A DNA stretch of 55,032 nucleotides from the NCBI GenBank assembly GCA_964561085.1, contig CAZLNP010000002.1:1-55032 (forward strand). The letters are read 5' to 3'. A program made the position numbers and the translations under genes. Positions 36,942 to 47,526 of the stretch are shown here, in pieces. The notes under the pieces are model-generated. The model saw only the letters and a list, made by a program, of their open reading frames with translations, was not told where the DNA came from and did not search any database. Every line of letters begins with the position of its first letter. Position 1 is the first letter of the stretch. The stretch comes from an uncultured Candidatus Saccharibacteria bacterium (GTDB lineage: Bacteria > Patescibacteriota > Doudnabacteria > UBA920).

Positions 36942-37745
36942 ATGATCAGATTTATTTATACAAAAACTTTTTTAGCCATTGCCATAGCACTTGTAATCGT
37001 ATTGCTCGGATTAGTGATGCAAGTAAAAGGGTGGCTCCAACCTATTGAATACGCACTTCTGCAAGCACCTAGACCGGTATCTAATGTAGTGAAAAGTATT
37101 GCTGAGCCAGTAAGAGTATTTTTTACAACCATTGGTTCTCTTCGTTCAGTAGTGAAAGAAAATGCAAGCTTACAAGCACAAGTAATTTCTCTACAACAGC
37201 AGCAAGTTCAGCTGGATAAACTAAAAACTGATAACGATATTCTTCGCGAAGAGTTAAAGTTTAAGAATCAATCAAAATTAGCCTTAGAGAGTTGCACAGT
37301 ACTTTCTATAGATCCTCAGGAATTAAGTGATGCAATGGTTCTATCTTGTGGTAAAGAGCAAGGAATTCAAGAAGGGCAAGCGGTCATAAGCCAAGGTTAT
37401 TTAGTAGCTAAAATTGCTTACGTCGGTAGCTATACTAGTACAGCGCTATTAATTTCCAACGCGCAGTCATCAATTGATGCGAGGATTTCTAAGAACAACA
37501 TTGAAGGTGTAGTTAAAGGTTCGTTCGGCTCAGGAATGGTATTCGATTTAGTCTCGCAAAACGCCGACATTAATTCTGGTGACTTAGTTGTAACAGCTGG
37601 AATCAATTCACGTATCCCGAAAGATATTCTTATTGGCCAGGTTGGTTCAGTTCTTTCTGCACCAAACGATTTATTCAAAAAAATGAGTGTGACCTCACCT
37701 GTAAGACAACGCTCAGTAGAATTTGTGTATGTAGTGAAGCAATAG
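36942..37745 (+). CDS. mreC: Rod shape-determining protein MreC
   Basis: TM, coiled coil (ENASLQAQV...LREEL), beta domain (G.VIS.G.LV.KI, GDLVVTAG). ATG 36942 is preferred over the track's TTG start inside the hairpin. Confidence 0.88.
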   Translation: MIRFIYTKTFLAIAIALVIVLLGLVMQVKGWLQPIEYALLQAPRPVSNVVKSIAEPVRVFFTTIGSLRSVVKENASLQAQVISLQQQQVQLDKLKTDNDILREELKFKNQSKLALESCTVLSIDPQELSDAMVLSCGKEQGIQEGQAVISQGYLVAKIAYVGSYTSTALLISNAQSSIDARISKNNIEGVVKGSFGSGMVFDLVSQNADINSGDLVVTAGINSRIPKDILIGQVGSVLSAPNDLFKKMSVTSPVRQRSVEFVYVVKQ

Positions 37746-37766
37746 AAAATCAATAACTTTTCAGTT

Positions 37767-38297
37767 ATGAAGTATATAATTTACATTATCATCATTGGTG
37801 CAATCATCGGAGTAACATTCGGGTTATTTACTTCTTGGGGTTGGAACGGACTAGTCCCAGATCTGATACTGTTAATTGTAATTGCGTTGTCCCTAGTGTT
37901 TGATGGCTATGACTATTTATTCTTTGGGATGCTCGGTGGGTTTTGGTTAGATATTGTTTACGGATTGCCCAATGGCAGCTTTACAATCCCATTACTATTT
38001 TGCGGTGCCATCAGTAGTTTATTGATACGTAAGTGGCTATTCTCAGAGGTTAAATGGTATCATTTTGTGGGGTCCATTATAGCTGCAACCGTTTTGTTAA
38101 AATTCTGGATTTGGCTTTATGGAAATATGCTATTTGCTTTAGACTGGTATCCAGTTCCTATCTCTGGTGGTCAAATTGTAAGAAACTTGATTTGGGCAAT
38201 TATCGCCAATGTAATACTGGCTTATCCTGTTTATGTAATTGTGGAGATGTTTGCGCGCAGCCAACTTAGATGGCAAAAAAATCGCATTAGATTGTAG
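37767..38297 (+). CDS. mreD: Rod shape-determining protein MreD
   Basis: Polytopic; PDLILL, G...LD...G; position between mreC and mrdA. Confidence 0.75.
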   Translation: MKYIIYIIIIGAIIGVTFGLFTSWGWNGLVPDLILLIVIALSLVFDGYDYLFFGMLGGFWLDIVYGLPNGSFTIPLLFCGAISSLLIRKWLFSEVKWYHFVGSIIAATVLLKFWIWLYGNMLFALDWYPVPISGGQIVRNLIWAIIANVILAYPVYVIVEMFARSQLRWQKNRIRL

Positions 38298-38322
38298 ATT
38301 GTAGATTAAGATATAAAAATAA

Positions 38323-40296
38323 ATGTTAAGAGTTCCAAAAAATCCATTTGATATAAATGCATCTGACCCAGATGTAGAAACTGGCCGTAACAAGGACCAG
38401 CGTCATTTGGATTGGGATGAAAGCGCTTTAGATACACAGACAGACATGGAAGGATTTGCTGATGAGACCCGTACCCGCTTTTCTGCAAAATGGCTTCAAT
38501 CAGCGATTGCTTTTGCGTGTGTGGGTTTGCTGATTCAATTGTTTAATCTGCAAATAATGCAAGGCAGCGATTTAAAAGCTTTGGCTGAAGGAAACAGACT
38601 ACGCATTCAAACTATCATTGCTCCTCGTGGGTATATTGTAGATCGTAATGGAGATCAATTGGCTCGCAACACAGCTAGCTTTAGTTTGGTTGTCACTCCT
38701 GTTGATGTCCCAAAAGATGGTTTGGATTCTATTGTTGAACAGCTTAGCGCTCTTTTAAATATTCCGAAGGAAGATATTAATTCAAAGTTAACAGATTTAA
38801 ATAGAAACTCATTACAACAGATTACTATCAAGCGAGGTATTTCTCAGCAGGAAAGTATTCTTTTCGAAACTAAAGCTGCTCAGTTCGCAGGTTTTTCTAT
38901 TAAGAGTATTCCAATTCGTGAATACTTAAACCCGGAAATGTTTTCGCACGCGCTTGGCTACACTGGAGTAGTTTCTGACGTAGATTTAACAGATGGAAAA
39001 TATGCAGATTACGATCCGAACGATTTCGTGGGTAAGTCGGGCATTGAGCTGTCGTATGAAAAATATCTACGTGGTACAAATGGAAACACTCAAGTAGAGG
39101 TAGACGCCAGCGGTCGTCCAATCAAAGTTCTTGGTAATGTAGAGCCTCAGCCTGGCAACATCGTAAAACTTAGTATCGATAACGGATTGCAACAGGAATT
39201 GTACAAAAGTTTTCCAGCTGGCTCTAAAGGTGCAGCGGTCGCTATGAATCCAAAGACTGGCGAAATTTTAGCATTGGTTTCTGTCCCAGGTTTTAATAAT
39301 AATTTGTTTGCTCCAGGAATATCTCAAAAAGATTACTCCGATTTACTGAACAATAAAAACCTCCCTCTGTTTAATAGATCTATCGGTGGTACATTCCCGC
39401 CTGGTTCGACAATTAAAATGGTGACTTCAGCGGCAGCTTTGCAAGAAAACGTTGTAACCAAAGATACAATTATTAACGATAACGGCGTTTTAGTTATTAA
39501 TAATCAATTCAACCCAAGCATTAAGTATAATTTCTATGGCTGGAAACGTGATGGACTAGGACCTATGAATGTTAAATCTGCGATTGCAGAAAGTAGCGAC
39601 ATCTATTTTTACACAGTTTCGGGTGGTCATCCTAATTCTAAAATTGAAGGGTTGGGCGCAGATAAACTAGCATCTTACTATAGAAAATTTGGTATGGGTG
39701 CCCTAACTGGAATTGATATTCAAGGTGAAAAGCCTGGTGTGGTTGCTGATCCGGCATGGAAGGCAAAATATTTTGAGAACGATCCGATTTCAAGCAAGTG
39801 GTATTTAGGTGATACCTACCATATTTCCATTGGACAAGGGGATATGCTCTCTACGCCTTTGCAGGTTGCCGTGTGGACTGCGGCTTTTGCAAACAATGGC
39901 ACAGTTTATAAGCCCCGTTTACTTAAAGAAGTTTTAAGCCAATCAGGTGAGAAGATATTTGAACCAAAACTAGAAGAGTTAATCAACGCATCAATTGATC
40001 CTGAGCACATGGTAGCAATTCAGGAAGGGATGCGTGAAAATGTAATTGGCGCAAATGGTAGCGGTCGTCAATTGGCTACTTTGCCAATTACTTCGGCTGG
40101 TAAAACTGGTACATCTCAGTTCGATGGCTCGGATCCATCTAGAACTCACGCTTGGTTTACTTCGTATGCTCCATACGAAAATCCTGAAATAGTGATTGTG
40201 GTTCTAGTTGAAGCCGGTGGTGAAGGCCATGCTGCAGCTGTACCAATTGCAAGGAATGCTTTAAAATGGTGGGCAGATAACCGTTACAATAAATAA
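38323..40296 (+). CDS. mrdA: Penicillin-binding protein 2
   Basis: APRGYIVDRNG, PGSTIK (SxxK), SSD (SxN variant), KTGTSQ. Confidence 0.93.
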   Translation: MLRVPKNPFDINASDPDVETGRNKDQRHLDWDESALDTQTDMEGFADETRTRFSAKWLQSAIAFACVGLLIQLFNLQIMQGSDLKALAEGNRLRIQTIIAPRGYIVDRNGDQLARNTASFSLVVTPVDVPKDGLDSIVEQLSALLNIPKEDINSKLTDLNRNSLQQITIKRGISQQESILFETKAAQFAGFSIKSIPIREYLNPEMFSHALGYTGVVSDVDLTDGKYADYDPNDFVGKSGIELSYEKYLRGTNGNTQVEVDASGRPIKVLGNVEPQPGNIVKLSIDNGLQQELYKSFPAGSKGAAVAMNPKTGEILALVSVPGFNNNLFAPGISQKDYSDLLNNKNLPLFNRSIGGTFPPGSTIKMVTSAAALQENVVTKDTIINDNGVLVINNQFNPSIKYNFYGWKRDGLGPMNVKSAIAESSDIYFYTVSGGHPNSKIEGLGADKLASYYRKFGMGALTGIDIQGEKPGVVADPAWKAKYFENDPISSKWYLGDTYHISIGQGDMLSTPLQVAVWTAAFANNGTVYKPRLLKEVLSQSGEKIFEPKLEELINASIDPEHMVAIQEGMRENVIGANGSGRQLATLPITSAGKTGTSQFDGSDPSRTHAWFTSYAPYENPEIVIVVLVEAGGEGHAAAVPIARNALKWWADNRYNK

Positions 40297-40302
40297 TTTG
40301 AA

Positions 40303-41166
40303 ATGAACGACGATTTAATCGCTCAAGTAAATAAAATAATAGATAGTAAAATAATTAACGGCCGTGGAATCGCGGCCCAATTATTTTTTGATATTACTAG
40401 AAAAGTTGCCAGGCTTCCTTTCAAGCCAGTGCTGTGTGATGTAGTAGTTGGCAATGATCCTGTTTCGCTTTCTTATGTAAAAATTAAAGGGAAGCGAGCT
40501 AAAGAGTGTGGCATCGAATTTTCTTTAGTTCAGCTACCGGAAAGCGCTACTGAGGAAGAAGTTATTTCAGCTATTAAAAGTCAGCAAGAGAATAAGAATC
40601 TCTGCGGTTTAATAGTGCAATTGCCTTTGCCGAAAAACTTAGATACTGAAAGAATTTTGCAAAGCATAGATTTAAAAGTTGATGTTGATGGATTAAACCC
40701 ACAAACCGCTCAAGCAGGATCAACTATTATCCCGCCAACACCAGGAGCTATCATGCATATTTTGGACAGTCTGCAAATTGATTTGTCTAAAGAAAAGTTT
40801 GTAGTTTTGGGGCAAGGTCACTTGGTGGGGAAACCAGTCGCTGAACTTTTAAAAGCCGAAGGCTATGATGTAAAAACCGTTTTAGCAGATACTGAAAATC
40901 GTGCAGAAATTTTAAAGTCTGCCACTGCGATTATTTCTGGCGTAGGAAAATCTGGCGTATTAAAAGGTGATGAGGTCGGGGATAATGTAATTGTTATTGA
41001 CGCTGGTACTTCTGAAGAAGGTGGTTCGATTTCAGGTGATGTAGACTTCGAAACAGTCGCTCCCAAAGCGAGAATGATTACGCCTTCACCAGGTGGTGTT
41101 GGGCCTGTCACAGTAGCTAAGCTACTAGAAAATGTTTTAATAGTAGCTAAAGATAAACCAAGATAA
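40303..41166 (+). CDS. folD: Bifunctional methylenetetrahydrofolate dehydrogenase/cyclohydrolase
   Basis: VQLPLP, KVDVDGL, P.TP.AI, VG.P, PGGVGPVTVA.L. Confidence 0.9.
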   Translation: MNDDLIAQVNKIIDSKIINGRGIAAQLFFDITRKVARLPFKPVLCDVVVGNDPVSLSYVKIKGKRAKECGIEFSLVQLPESATEEEVISAIKSQQENKNLCGLIVQLPLPKNLDTERILQSIDLKVDVDGLNPQTAQAGSTIIPPTPGAIMHILDSLQIDLSKEKFVVLGQGHLVGKPVAELLKAEGYDVKTVLADTENRAEILKSATAIISGVGKSGVLKGDEVGDNVIVIDAGTSEEGGSISGDVDFETVAPKARMITPSPGGVGPVTVAKLLENVLIVAKDKPR

Positions 41167-41480
41167 TGTGGATTTTATTTTTAGGTTTGTTAATTGTTTC
41201 TGAAGCAATTGCTGATATTATTGCAAAAGAGTATCAACTGAAAGCTGGAGCTGTTAGATTTGGAGGTGCAATACTTGCATATATAATACCAACCATATTT
41301 TGGCTAGTTGCTTTGCGCTACGGCGCGGGTTTAACGAAAGGTGCTATTTATTTCTCGGTTGCAAGTGCAATTTTAGCAATTGTAATTGGACTAGTGCTGT
41401 ACAAAGAAACTTTAACTACCCTCCAAGTCATTGGAGTAGCCCTTGGATTTATCGCCATAATATTATTGTCTTGGGAGTAG
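41166..41480 (+). CDS. SMR/DMT-family small membrane protein
   Basis: 104 aa, four TM helices, Glu in TM1 (IVSEAIAD). Confidence 0.7.
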   Translation: MWILFLGLLIVSEAIADIIAKEYQLKAGAVRFGGAILAYIIPTIFWLVALRYGAGLTKGAIYFSVASAILAIVIGLVLYKETLTTLQVIGVALGFIAIILLSWE

Positions 41481-41498
41481 GGTGTGGATACTAAAGCC

Positions 41499-41527
41499 TT
41501 GACATCAAGCTCAAATTTCTGTAAACT
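41499..41527 (+). promoter_or_regulatory. Sigma70 promoter for greA
   Basis: TTGACA-17-TAAACT. Confidence 0.75.
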
Positions 41528-41554
41528 AGGGCAAGCAATTAGTAAAATCTCTTA

Positions 41555-42016
41555 ATGTCTAAAAAATATTTATTGACCCAAGAGGGTCTATTAAAACTTA
41601 ATGAAGAGCTAAAGCATTTGATTAACGATAAGCGTAAAGAAATTATCGAACGCATTCGTGAAGCAGCTGCTCATGGTGATTTGAGTGAAAACGCTGATTA
41701 CGCGCAAGCTCGTGAAGAGCAGTCTTTCATCGAAGGACGCATCATGGAAATCGAAGACATGATCAAGAACGCGGAAATCATCACTGCTTCAACTCAGCAC
41801 AATACTGTAACTATTGGATCTACAATCAAATTAAAAGTTGATGGTGTGGAAAAGACTTACACAATTGTTGGAAGCAACGAAGCTAATCCACTTGAAGGAA
41901 AGATTTCTAACGAGTCTAATGTTGGTAGTTCACTACTTAACAAAAAGATTGGCGATAAAATTGTGATTGAAACTCCTGCTGGCAACAAAGAATACGAGAT
42001 CATCGGTATTAACTAG
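41555..42016 (+). CDS. greA: Transcription elongation factor GreA
   Basis: HGDLSENADY..A...Q...EGRI; ISNES.VG..L. Confidence 0.96.
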   Translation: MSKKYLLTQEGLLKLNEELKHLINDKRKEIIERIREAAAHGDLSENADYAQAREEQSFIEGRIMEIEDMIKNAEIITASTQHNTVTIGSTIKLKVDGVEKTYTIVGSNEANPLEGKISNESNVGSSLLNKKIGDKIVIETPAGNKEYEIIGIN

Positions 42017-42029
42017 TTTATAAAAAAAC

Positions 42030-42062
42030 AGCGGCGACAGTCTATATGACTGCGCCGCTTTT
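42030..42062 (+). terminator. Terminator after greA (A-run upstream suggests it is bidirectional)
   Basis: AGCGGCG-a-CAGTC-tatat-GACTG-CGCCGCT-TTT. Confidence 0.75.
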
Positions 42063-42066
42063 AAGT

Positions 42067-42726
42067 TTATGTTGCTGGTTCGTTTCGGAATATTGCTCTA
42101 AGGGAAGTAGATCCTAATCTAGCTATCCCGATCAGAAGAATTATTACAATGACAGAGCTCCCAATTATGTCGGCCCATGCTGATGCTTCGGCTGAGAGAA
42201 TACTGATCACTCCTGCTATTATCGCGGCGATTGAGCCGAGAAGATCCCCGATAATATGCAGTTTTACACCATCAACACTCAGGTGATTATGATTGTGAGA
42301 GTGGTTATTTTTGCCATGTAGTAAGAACATGCATATCGAGTTTACAATCAACCCCAGCATGGCTACGGAAATGAGACGATTGGCATCCAACATGCTTTGA
42401 GTCTCCCACTTGTCTATAACTCTTTCAATAATTTCCCAGCAAGGGAGTAGTAACAGCAGGCAACACAGAAGTGCTGCAACAGCCTCAGTTCTTATTCGGT
42501 CGAACCAAATTTTCATTAGTAGCCATGGAACTGTAAGTGCAATCAGCATGCTAGCTGAATCTGTTATCATGTGCCACGCATCTGCAACTAATACAGTTGC
42601 GTTGCCAATGATGCCGTTATACATTTCTACTATCGCAAAACTGATTGTCAAAATAAAAGCCCATACTAACTTCTTGGTGGGCTTGTGATTGTGGCTATGC
42701 GCGCCACTTTCCTTGCAACTATTCAT
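42067..42726 (-). CDS. Cation diffusion facilitator (CzcD-like) lacking the C-terminal domain
   Basis: His-rich N-terminus and loop, ADAWHMITD (TM2), LHIIGD (TM5); TAAGGAGG SD 4 nt upstream. Confidence 0.85.
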   Translation of the reverse strand: MNSCKESGAHSHNHKPTKKLVWAFILTISFAIVEMYNGIIGNATVLVADAWHMITDSASMLIALTVPWLLMKIWFDRIRTEAVAALLCCLLLLLPCWEIIERVIDKWETQSMLDANRLISVAMLGLIVNSICMFLLHGKNNHSHNHNHLSVDGVKLHIIGDLLGSIAAIIAGVISILSAEASAWADIIGSSVIVIILLIGIARLGSTSLRAIFRNEPAT

Positions 42727-42859
42727 AAGCCCTCCTTAGCTTTGTAGCCTATTAACCCATAAACTATGCTTAATTTTTGGGTTATTGTCAAGTACCGCCC
42801 AATCATGAAATTTGGTATAATTTAAGGACTAATTTAAGCTAAACGAACACATAACTCCC

Positions 42860-44335
42860 ATGAACGAAAGACTGGAAGACATTATTAATCACCGCAAGCG
42901 TAAGCTCGAAAATATCATTGCAGCTGGCTTTGATCCGTATCCGAGCACATCTGAACGAACTCACTCAAACACAGACGCCTTGGCTCAATATGAGGCCCTA
43001 GAGGGCAAGTCTATTGTTTTGGTTGGCCGAGTTCGTAGTATGCGTGGAATGGGTAAATTGTTGTTTTTGCATATTGATGATGGCTCTGGTCAGTCTACTG
43101 GCGGCAAAATTCAAGTTTTAATAAAATCTGATGACATTGGTGCAGAAAAGTTTGCTTTCTTCGTGGACAACTATGACTTAGGAGACTTCATCCAAGTTAC
43201 AGGTAAATTGTTCACAACAAAAACTGAAGAAAAAACTTTGGAAGCATATGATTACAAGATGCTGGCAAAGTCCTTGCGCCCATTGCCAAGTGAGCACTAC
43301 GGCATTGAAGATACAGAAATTAAACTTCGCCAACGCTACTTAGATATTTTGCTTGATTCCGAAACTAAAGAGCTTTTCGTAAAGAAGAATAAGTTTTGGT
43401 CAAGCATGCGTCGCTTCCTTGTAGATAATTCTTTCTTGGAATTAGAGATGCCAATTCTAGAAGCAACACCAGGTGGTGCAGAAGCAGAACCATTCACTAC
43501 GCATCACAATGCACTCGACAGAGATTTCTATTTACGAATTTCACTAGAGCTACCTTTGAAAAAAATGTTAGTTGCTGGTTACGAAAAAGTTTTTGAAATC
43601 GGTCGCATCTTCCGCAACGAAGGAATCTCTACAACTCATTTGCAAGATTACACTCAAATGGAATTCTATTGGGCTTACGGTGACTTCGAAGGAATGATGA
43701 AGTTTTGTCAGAAGATGTACCAGCAGATTATTCAAGATTCGTTTGGTACTTTGCAAATTACTTCTGGTGGCATAACTTGCGATTGGTCCGGTGACTGGGC
43801 GAAAGTTGATTACATGGCTTTGTTCAAAGAACACACTGGAATTGATTTAGAAACTGTTTCAGATGATGATCTAAAATCTTATGCAAAAGAACAGCACATT
43901 AAGTTTGAAGATTTTGCACAACGTGGCCGCATCATCGATTTAATTTTCAAAAAGATCCGTGGGAATATTCCGTCAGACAAACCAGTGTTCTTGGTGAATC
44001 AACCGATTGAACTAGAACCACTTGCAAAACGTGATCCAGAAAATCAAAAAGCAGTACAGCGTATGCAGATTGTGGCTTACGGTACGGAGCTCGGAAAAGG
44101 TTTTGGTGAATTGAATGATCCAATCGATCAGCGTAAGCGTTTTGAAGATCAGTTAAAACTTCGTGAGCTAGGGGACAACGAAGCACAAATGTTAGACGAA
44201 GATTATATGGAAGCAATGGAATATGGAATGCCTCCAGCTGCAGGATTCGGTGTTTCCGAACGACTATTCTCAGTTCTTGTAGATCGTTCCATTCGCGAAA
44301 CTGTGATCTTCCCTCCAATGAAAGCAAAGGAATAA
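42860..44335 (+). CDS. lysS: Lysine--tRNA ligase (class II)
   Basis: OB anticodon domain, [30 protein letters not shown]. Confidence 0.96.
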   Translation: MNERLEDIINHRKRKLENIIAAGFDPYPSTSERTHSNTDALAQYEALEGKSIVLVGRVRSMRGMGKLLFLHIDDGSGQSTGGKIQVLIKSDDIGAEKFAFFVDNYDLGDFIQVTGKLFTTKTEEKTLEAYDYKMLAKSLRPLPSEHYGIEDTEIKLRQRYLDILLDSETKELFVKKNKFWSSMRRFLVDNSFLELEMPILEATPGGAEAEPFTTHHNALDRDFYLRISLELPLKKMLVAGYEKVFEIGRIFRNEGISTTHLQDYTQMEFYWAYGDFEGMMKFCQKMYQQIIQDSFGTLQITSGGITCDWSGDWAKVDYMALFKEHTGIDLETVSDDDLKSYAKEQHIKFEDFAQRGRIIDLIFKKIRGNIPSDKPVFLVNQPIELEPLAKRDPENQKAVQRMQIVAYGTELGKGFGELNDPIDQRKRFEDQLKLRELGDNEAQMLDEDYMEAMEYGMPPAAGFGVSERLFSVLVDRSIRETVIFPPMKAKE

Positions 44336-44336
44336 T

Positions 44337-44870
44337 ATGTCTTTGTACTTCATAACAGGAAATAAAAATAAGTTGGCAGAAATCCAGGCGATTATTCCTG
44401 ATATCGAACAACTTGAAATTGATTTACCAGAAATTCAAGACATAGACCCGCACGAAATTATTAGAGCTAAGTTACAAGAAGCTTTAAAGCATCATTCTGG
44501 GCCGTTTATTGTTGAAGATACATCATTAGTAATAAAAAGCATGAATGGTTTGCCTGGACCCTTTATTAAATGGTTTTTGCAAGCACTTGGTATCGATGGT
44601 ATTTGGAAAACAGCTTCTGCGTTTGGTAATGCTGACGCCCAGGTTATGGCGTTGTTGGGTTATGCTAAAAGCATAGATGATATTCAATTTTTCGAAGGAG
44701 TTGTTGAAGGAGAGATTGTTAAACCTCGTGGAGAAGCAAGGTTTGGCTGGGATCCAATCTTCCAGCCAAAAGGGTTCGATAAAACTTTTGCTGAGATGAC
44801 ACCAGAAGAAAAGAATGAAATCAGTCATCGTCGTATGGCGGCAAATAAACTCAAAGAATTTTTAAGTTAA
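44337..44870 (+). CDS. rdgB: Non-canonical purine NTP pyrophosphatase (HAM1/ITPase)
   Basis: TGNKNK..E, VEDTSL, LPGPFIK, FGWDPIF, SHR. Confidence 0.92.
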   Translation: MSLYFITGNKNKLAEIQAIIPDIEQLEIDLPEIQDIDPHEIIRAKLQEALKHHSGPFIVEDTSLVIKSMNGLPGPFIKWFLQALGIDGIWKTASAFGNADAQVMALLGYAKSIDDIQFFEGVVEGEIVKPRGEARFGWDPIFQPKGFDKTFAEMTPEEKNEISHRRMAANKLKEFLS

Positions 44871-44874
44871 AAAC

Positions 44875-46230
44875 ATGTTAGACATCAAATATATTCGTGA
44901 AAACGTAGACCAGTTAAGAAAAGCAATTACAGATAAGCGTGTGGATTTAAATCTAGACGCTCTTTTGGAGTTAGATGAACAACGCCGCACTTTACTTCAA
45001 GAAACAGAAAGTTTTCAAGCTACCAAGAAAGCTTTCTCAAAAGAGATGCCGAATCTAAGTGAAGAAGAAAAAGCTGTGAAGCTTTTAGAGATGCAGGAAA
45101 TCGACAAGCATCACACTGAGGCAACAGAAAAATTGCGCGGTGTAGAAGCTGAATATAACAACTTGATGTTGCTTGTGCCGAACATTCCATCACCTGAAAC
45201 TCCGATTGGAAAAGATGATAGCGAAAATGTGCCGTGGAGTTATTGGTCTCCTGAGCTTGGAAAAGTTGATCCGACAGATACAGATAAAGTGCAGCAAATC
45301 CCACCGGTGTTCACTTTCGAAGTTAAAGATCACGCTACTTTAGGAAAAGATTTAGATTTGATTGATACTGAACGTGGCACAGAAGTTTCTGGTTTCCGTG
45401 GCTACTTTTTAAAGAATGAACTAGTGTTGATGCACCAAGGTCTCATGGCTTACGCGATGGAAAAACTTCGTACTAAAGGTTTTACTTTAATGCAAACCCC
45501 AACTTTAGTTCGTGAATTTGCTTTAACTGGAAGTGGTCATTTTCCAACTGGCCGTGCAGAAATCTATCAAGTTGGAAATGCGGCTAACTTAGAAGCAACT
45601 GAAGAAAATGCAGATAAAGAAAAGCAATATTTGGCTGGTACATCTGAACCTGCTTTGATTGGATATTACGCAAATCAAATTTTAGATGAAAAACAATTAC
45701 CGATTCAGGTTTCTGGAATTTCTGCTTGCTACCGAAGTGAAGTTGGTAGCTATGGGAAAGATACAAAAGGGTTGTATCGTGTAAAAGAATTTTTAAAAGT
45801 TGAGCAAGTTATTATTTGTAAAGCTGACATGAATGAAGGAGAGGCTTGGCTAGAAAAACTTCGCGAAATTTCTGAAGAGATTTTGCAAGAATTAAAATTG
45901 CCATACCGCGTGTTAAATATTTGTACCGGTGATATGGGTGCTGGTAAATACAAAATGTATGACATAGAAACTTGGATGCCAGGCCGCAAAGCGTATGGTG
46001 AAACTCACAGCGACTCTAACTTCACAGATTGGCAAGCACGCCGTTTAGATATCCGCTACAAAGATGCTGAAGGAAAAATAAAGTATGCATACACTTTGAA
46101 CAATACAGCAGTGGCTAGCCCTCGAATTCTAATCGCTTTGCTAGAAAACTACCAACAAGCAGATGGAAGTGTAAAAGTACCAGAAGTACTTCAGAAGTAT
46201 GTAGGTACTGATGTTATAACTAAGAAATAA
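44875..46230 (+). CDS. serS: Serine--tRNA ligase
   Basis: MLDIKYIREN, GTSE, YRSEVGS.GKDTKGL.RV.EF.KVE, TLNNTA. Confidence 0.96.
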   Translation: MLDIKYIRENVDQLRKAITDKRVDLNLDALLELDEQRRTLLQETESFQATKKAFSKEMPNLSEEEKAVKLLEMQEIDKHHTEATEKLRGVEAEYNNLMLLVPNIPSPETPIGKDDSENVPWSYWSPELGKVDPTDTDKVQQIPPVFTFEVKDHATLGKDLDLIDTERGTEVSGFRGYFLKNELVLMHQGLMAYAMEKLRTKGFTLMQTPTLVREFALTGSGHFPTGRAEIYQVGNAANLEATEENADKEKQYLAGTSEPALIGYYANQILDEKQLPIQVSGISACYRSEVGSYGKDTKGLYRVKEFLKVEQVIICKADMNEGEAWLEKLREISEEILQELKLPYRVLNICTGDMGAGKYKMYDIETWMPGRKAYGETHSDSNFTDWQARRLDIRYKDAEGKIKYAYTLNNTAVASPRILIALLENYQQADGSVKVPEVLQKYVGTDVITKK

Positions 46231-46238
46231 ATTTCATC

Positions 46239-47516
46239 GTGACTAAACAAGAAAGAATCAATCAACTACTAGCTTATTTTGCGCGCAAAATTATTGCTAA
46301 ATATAATCCGCTGGTGATCGGGATTACCGGTAGCGTTGGTAAAACTTCTACACGTCACGCTATCGCAGCGGCTCTTTCGGCAAAATATAATTACCGTGAA
46401 CCCGAAAAAAATTATAATAATGAAATAGGTATCCCGTTAACTGTTATTGGAGCGCGAGGATTAGATGAAGGCGGCAGTAGCTATTTAGGGTGGCTTCGAA
46501 TTTTTACTAAGGCCTTAACTGTTTGGTTGCTACCTCAGAATTACCCACAGGTATTGGTTTTGGAATATGGAATCGATCGTCCTGGAGATATGGATGCGTA
46601 CTTGAAAATAGTTAAGCCTCAACTTGCCGTGTTAACCACAATTGGCATGTCCCACAGAGAATTTTTTTCTTCAGAAGAAGAAATCGCGTTCGAAAAAGGG
46701 AAGATGGCCGAGAGTTTACCAAAGAACGGCGCGTTTATTTTTAATTTGGATGATGCTCTTGTGACTGATCAGACTAAAAGGACAGTAGGCCATTTAATTT
46801 CTTTTGGAACTGATCCTAATGCAAAAGTTTCTTTACTATCTGTTGAAGAGAAATTGCAACTACAGCCATCAACTACTTTGACTATCAAAACTTCAACTAG
46901 AGAGATTAAGGTTACTGTGCCTGTAATCGGTAAAGCTCATGTTAGTGCTGTGCTTGCGGCCGTAGCGACCGCAGAGGCAATGGAAGTAGAAACAGATTTA
47001 ATTATCAAAGGCCTAAGTTCGTATAGAGCTATGCCAGGACGGTTGAATATTATTGCAGGAATTAAGCGCTCAATTTTAATTGATGATACATATAATGCAG
47101 CGCCACTATCTACCTTGGAGGCTCTAAAGTTATTAGGAAGGTTTCCTGGAGATAATAAGACCGCTGTGCTTGGTGACATGCTAGAGCTTGGCGATTCAAG
47201 CGACTCAGCTCATAAAGAAGTTGGAAATTTCGCTGCTAGTTTAAATTTGAAACATTTGATAACAGTTGGAGAATTAGGAAAAAAGATTGCTGCGGCAGCT
47301 AAAGAGTCAGGCATGGAGGAAAGTAAAATTATATCGTTTAATACCAGTGAAGAAGCTAAGAGGAATGTGCTAGAAATGCTAGAGCCAGATAGCGTGGTTT
47401 TAGTAAAAGGTTCTCAAGGCGCTCGCATGGAAAAAATTACGAAAGAGTTATTAGCTGAGCCGACCGCCGCAGCTCACTTTTTAGTTAGACAATATGGAAA
47501 GTGGCTCAACAGCTAA
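46239..47516 (+). CDS. murF: UDP-MurNAc-tripeptide--D-Ala-D-Ala ligase
   Basis: GITGSVGKTST, NNEIGIP, DDTYNAAP, LGDMLELG, LVKGSQG. Confidence 0.9.
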   Translation: MTKQERINQLLAYFARKIIAKYNPLVIGITGSVGKTSTRHAIAAALSAKYNYREPEKNYNNEIGIPLTVIGARGLDEGGSSYLGWLRIFTKALTVWLLPQNYPQVLVLEYGIDRPGDMDAYLKIVKPQLAVLTTIGMSHREFFSSEEEIAFEKGKMAESLPKNGAFIFNLDDALVTDQTKRTVGHLISFGTDPNAKVSLLSVEEKLQLQPSTTLTIKTSTREIKVTVPVIGKAHVSAVLAAVATAEAMEVETDLIIKGLSSYRAMPGRLNIIAGIKRSILIDDTYNAAPLSTLEALKLLGRFPGDNKTAVLGDMLELGDSSDSAHKEVGNFAASLNLKHLITVGELGKKIAAAAKESGMEESKIISFNTSEEAKRNVLEMLEPDSVVLVKGSQGARMEKITKELLAEPTAAAHFLVRQYGKWLNS

Positions 47517-47526
47517 TTGAAATAAA

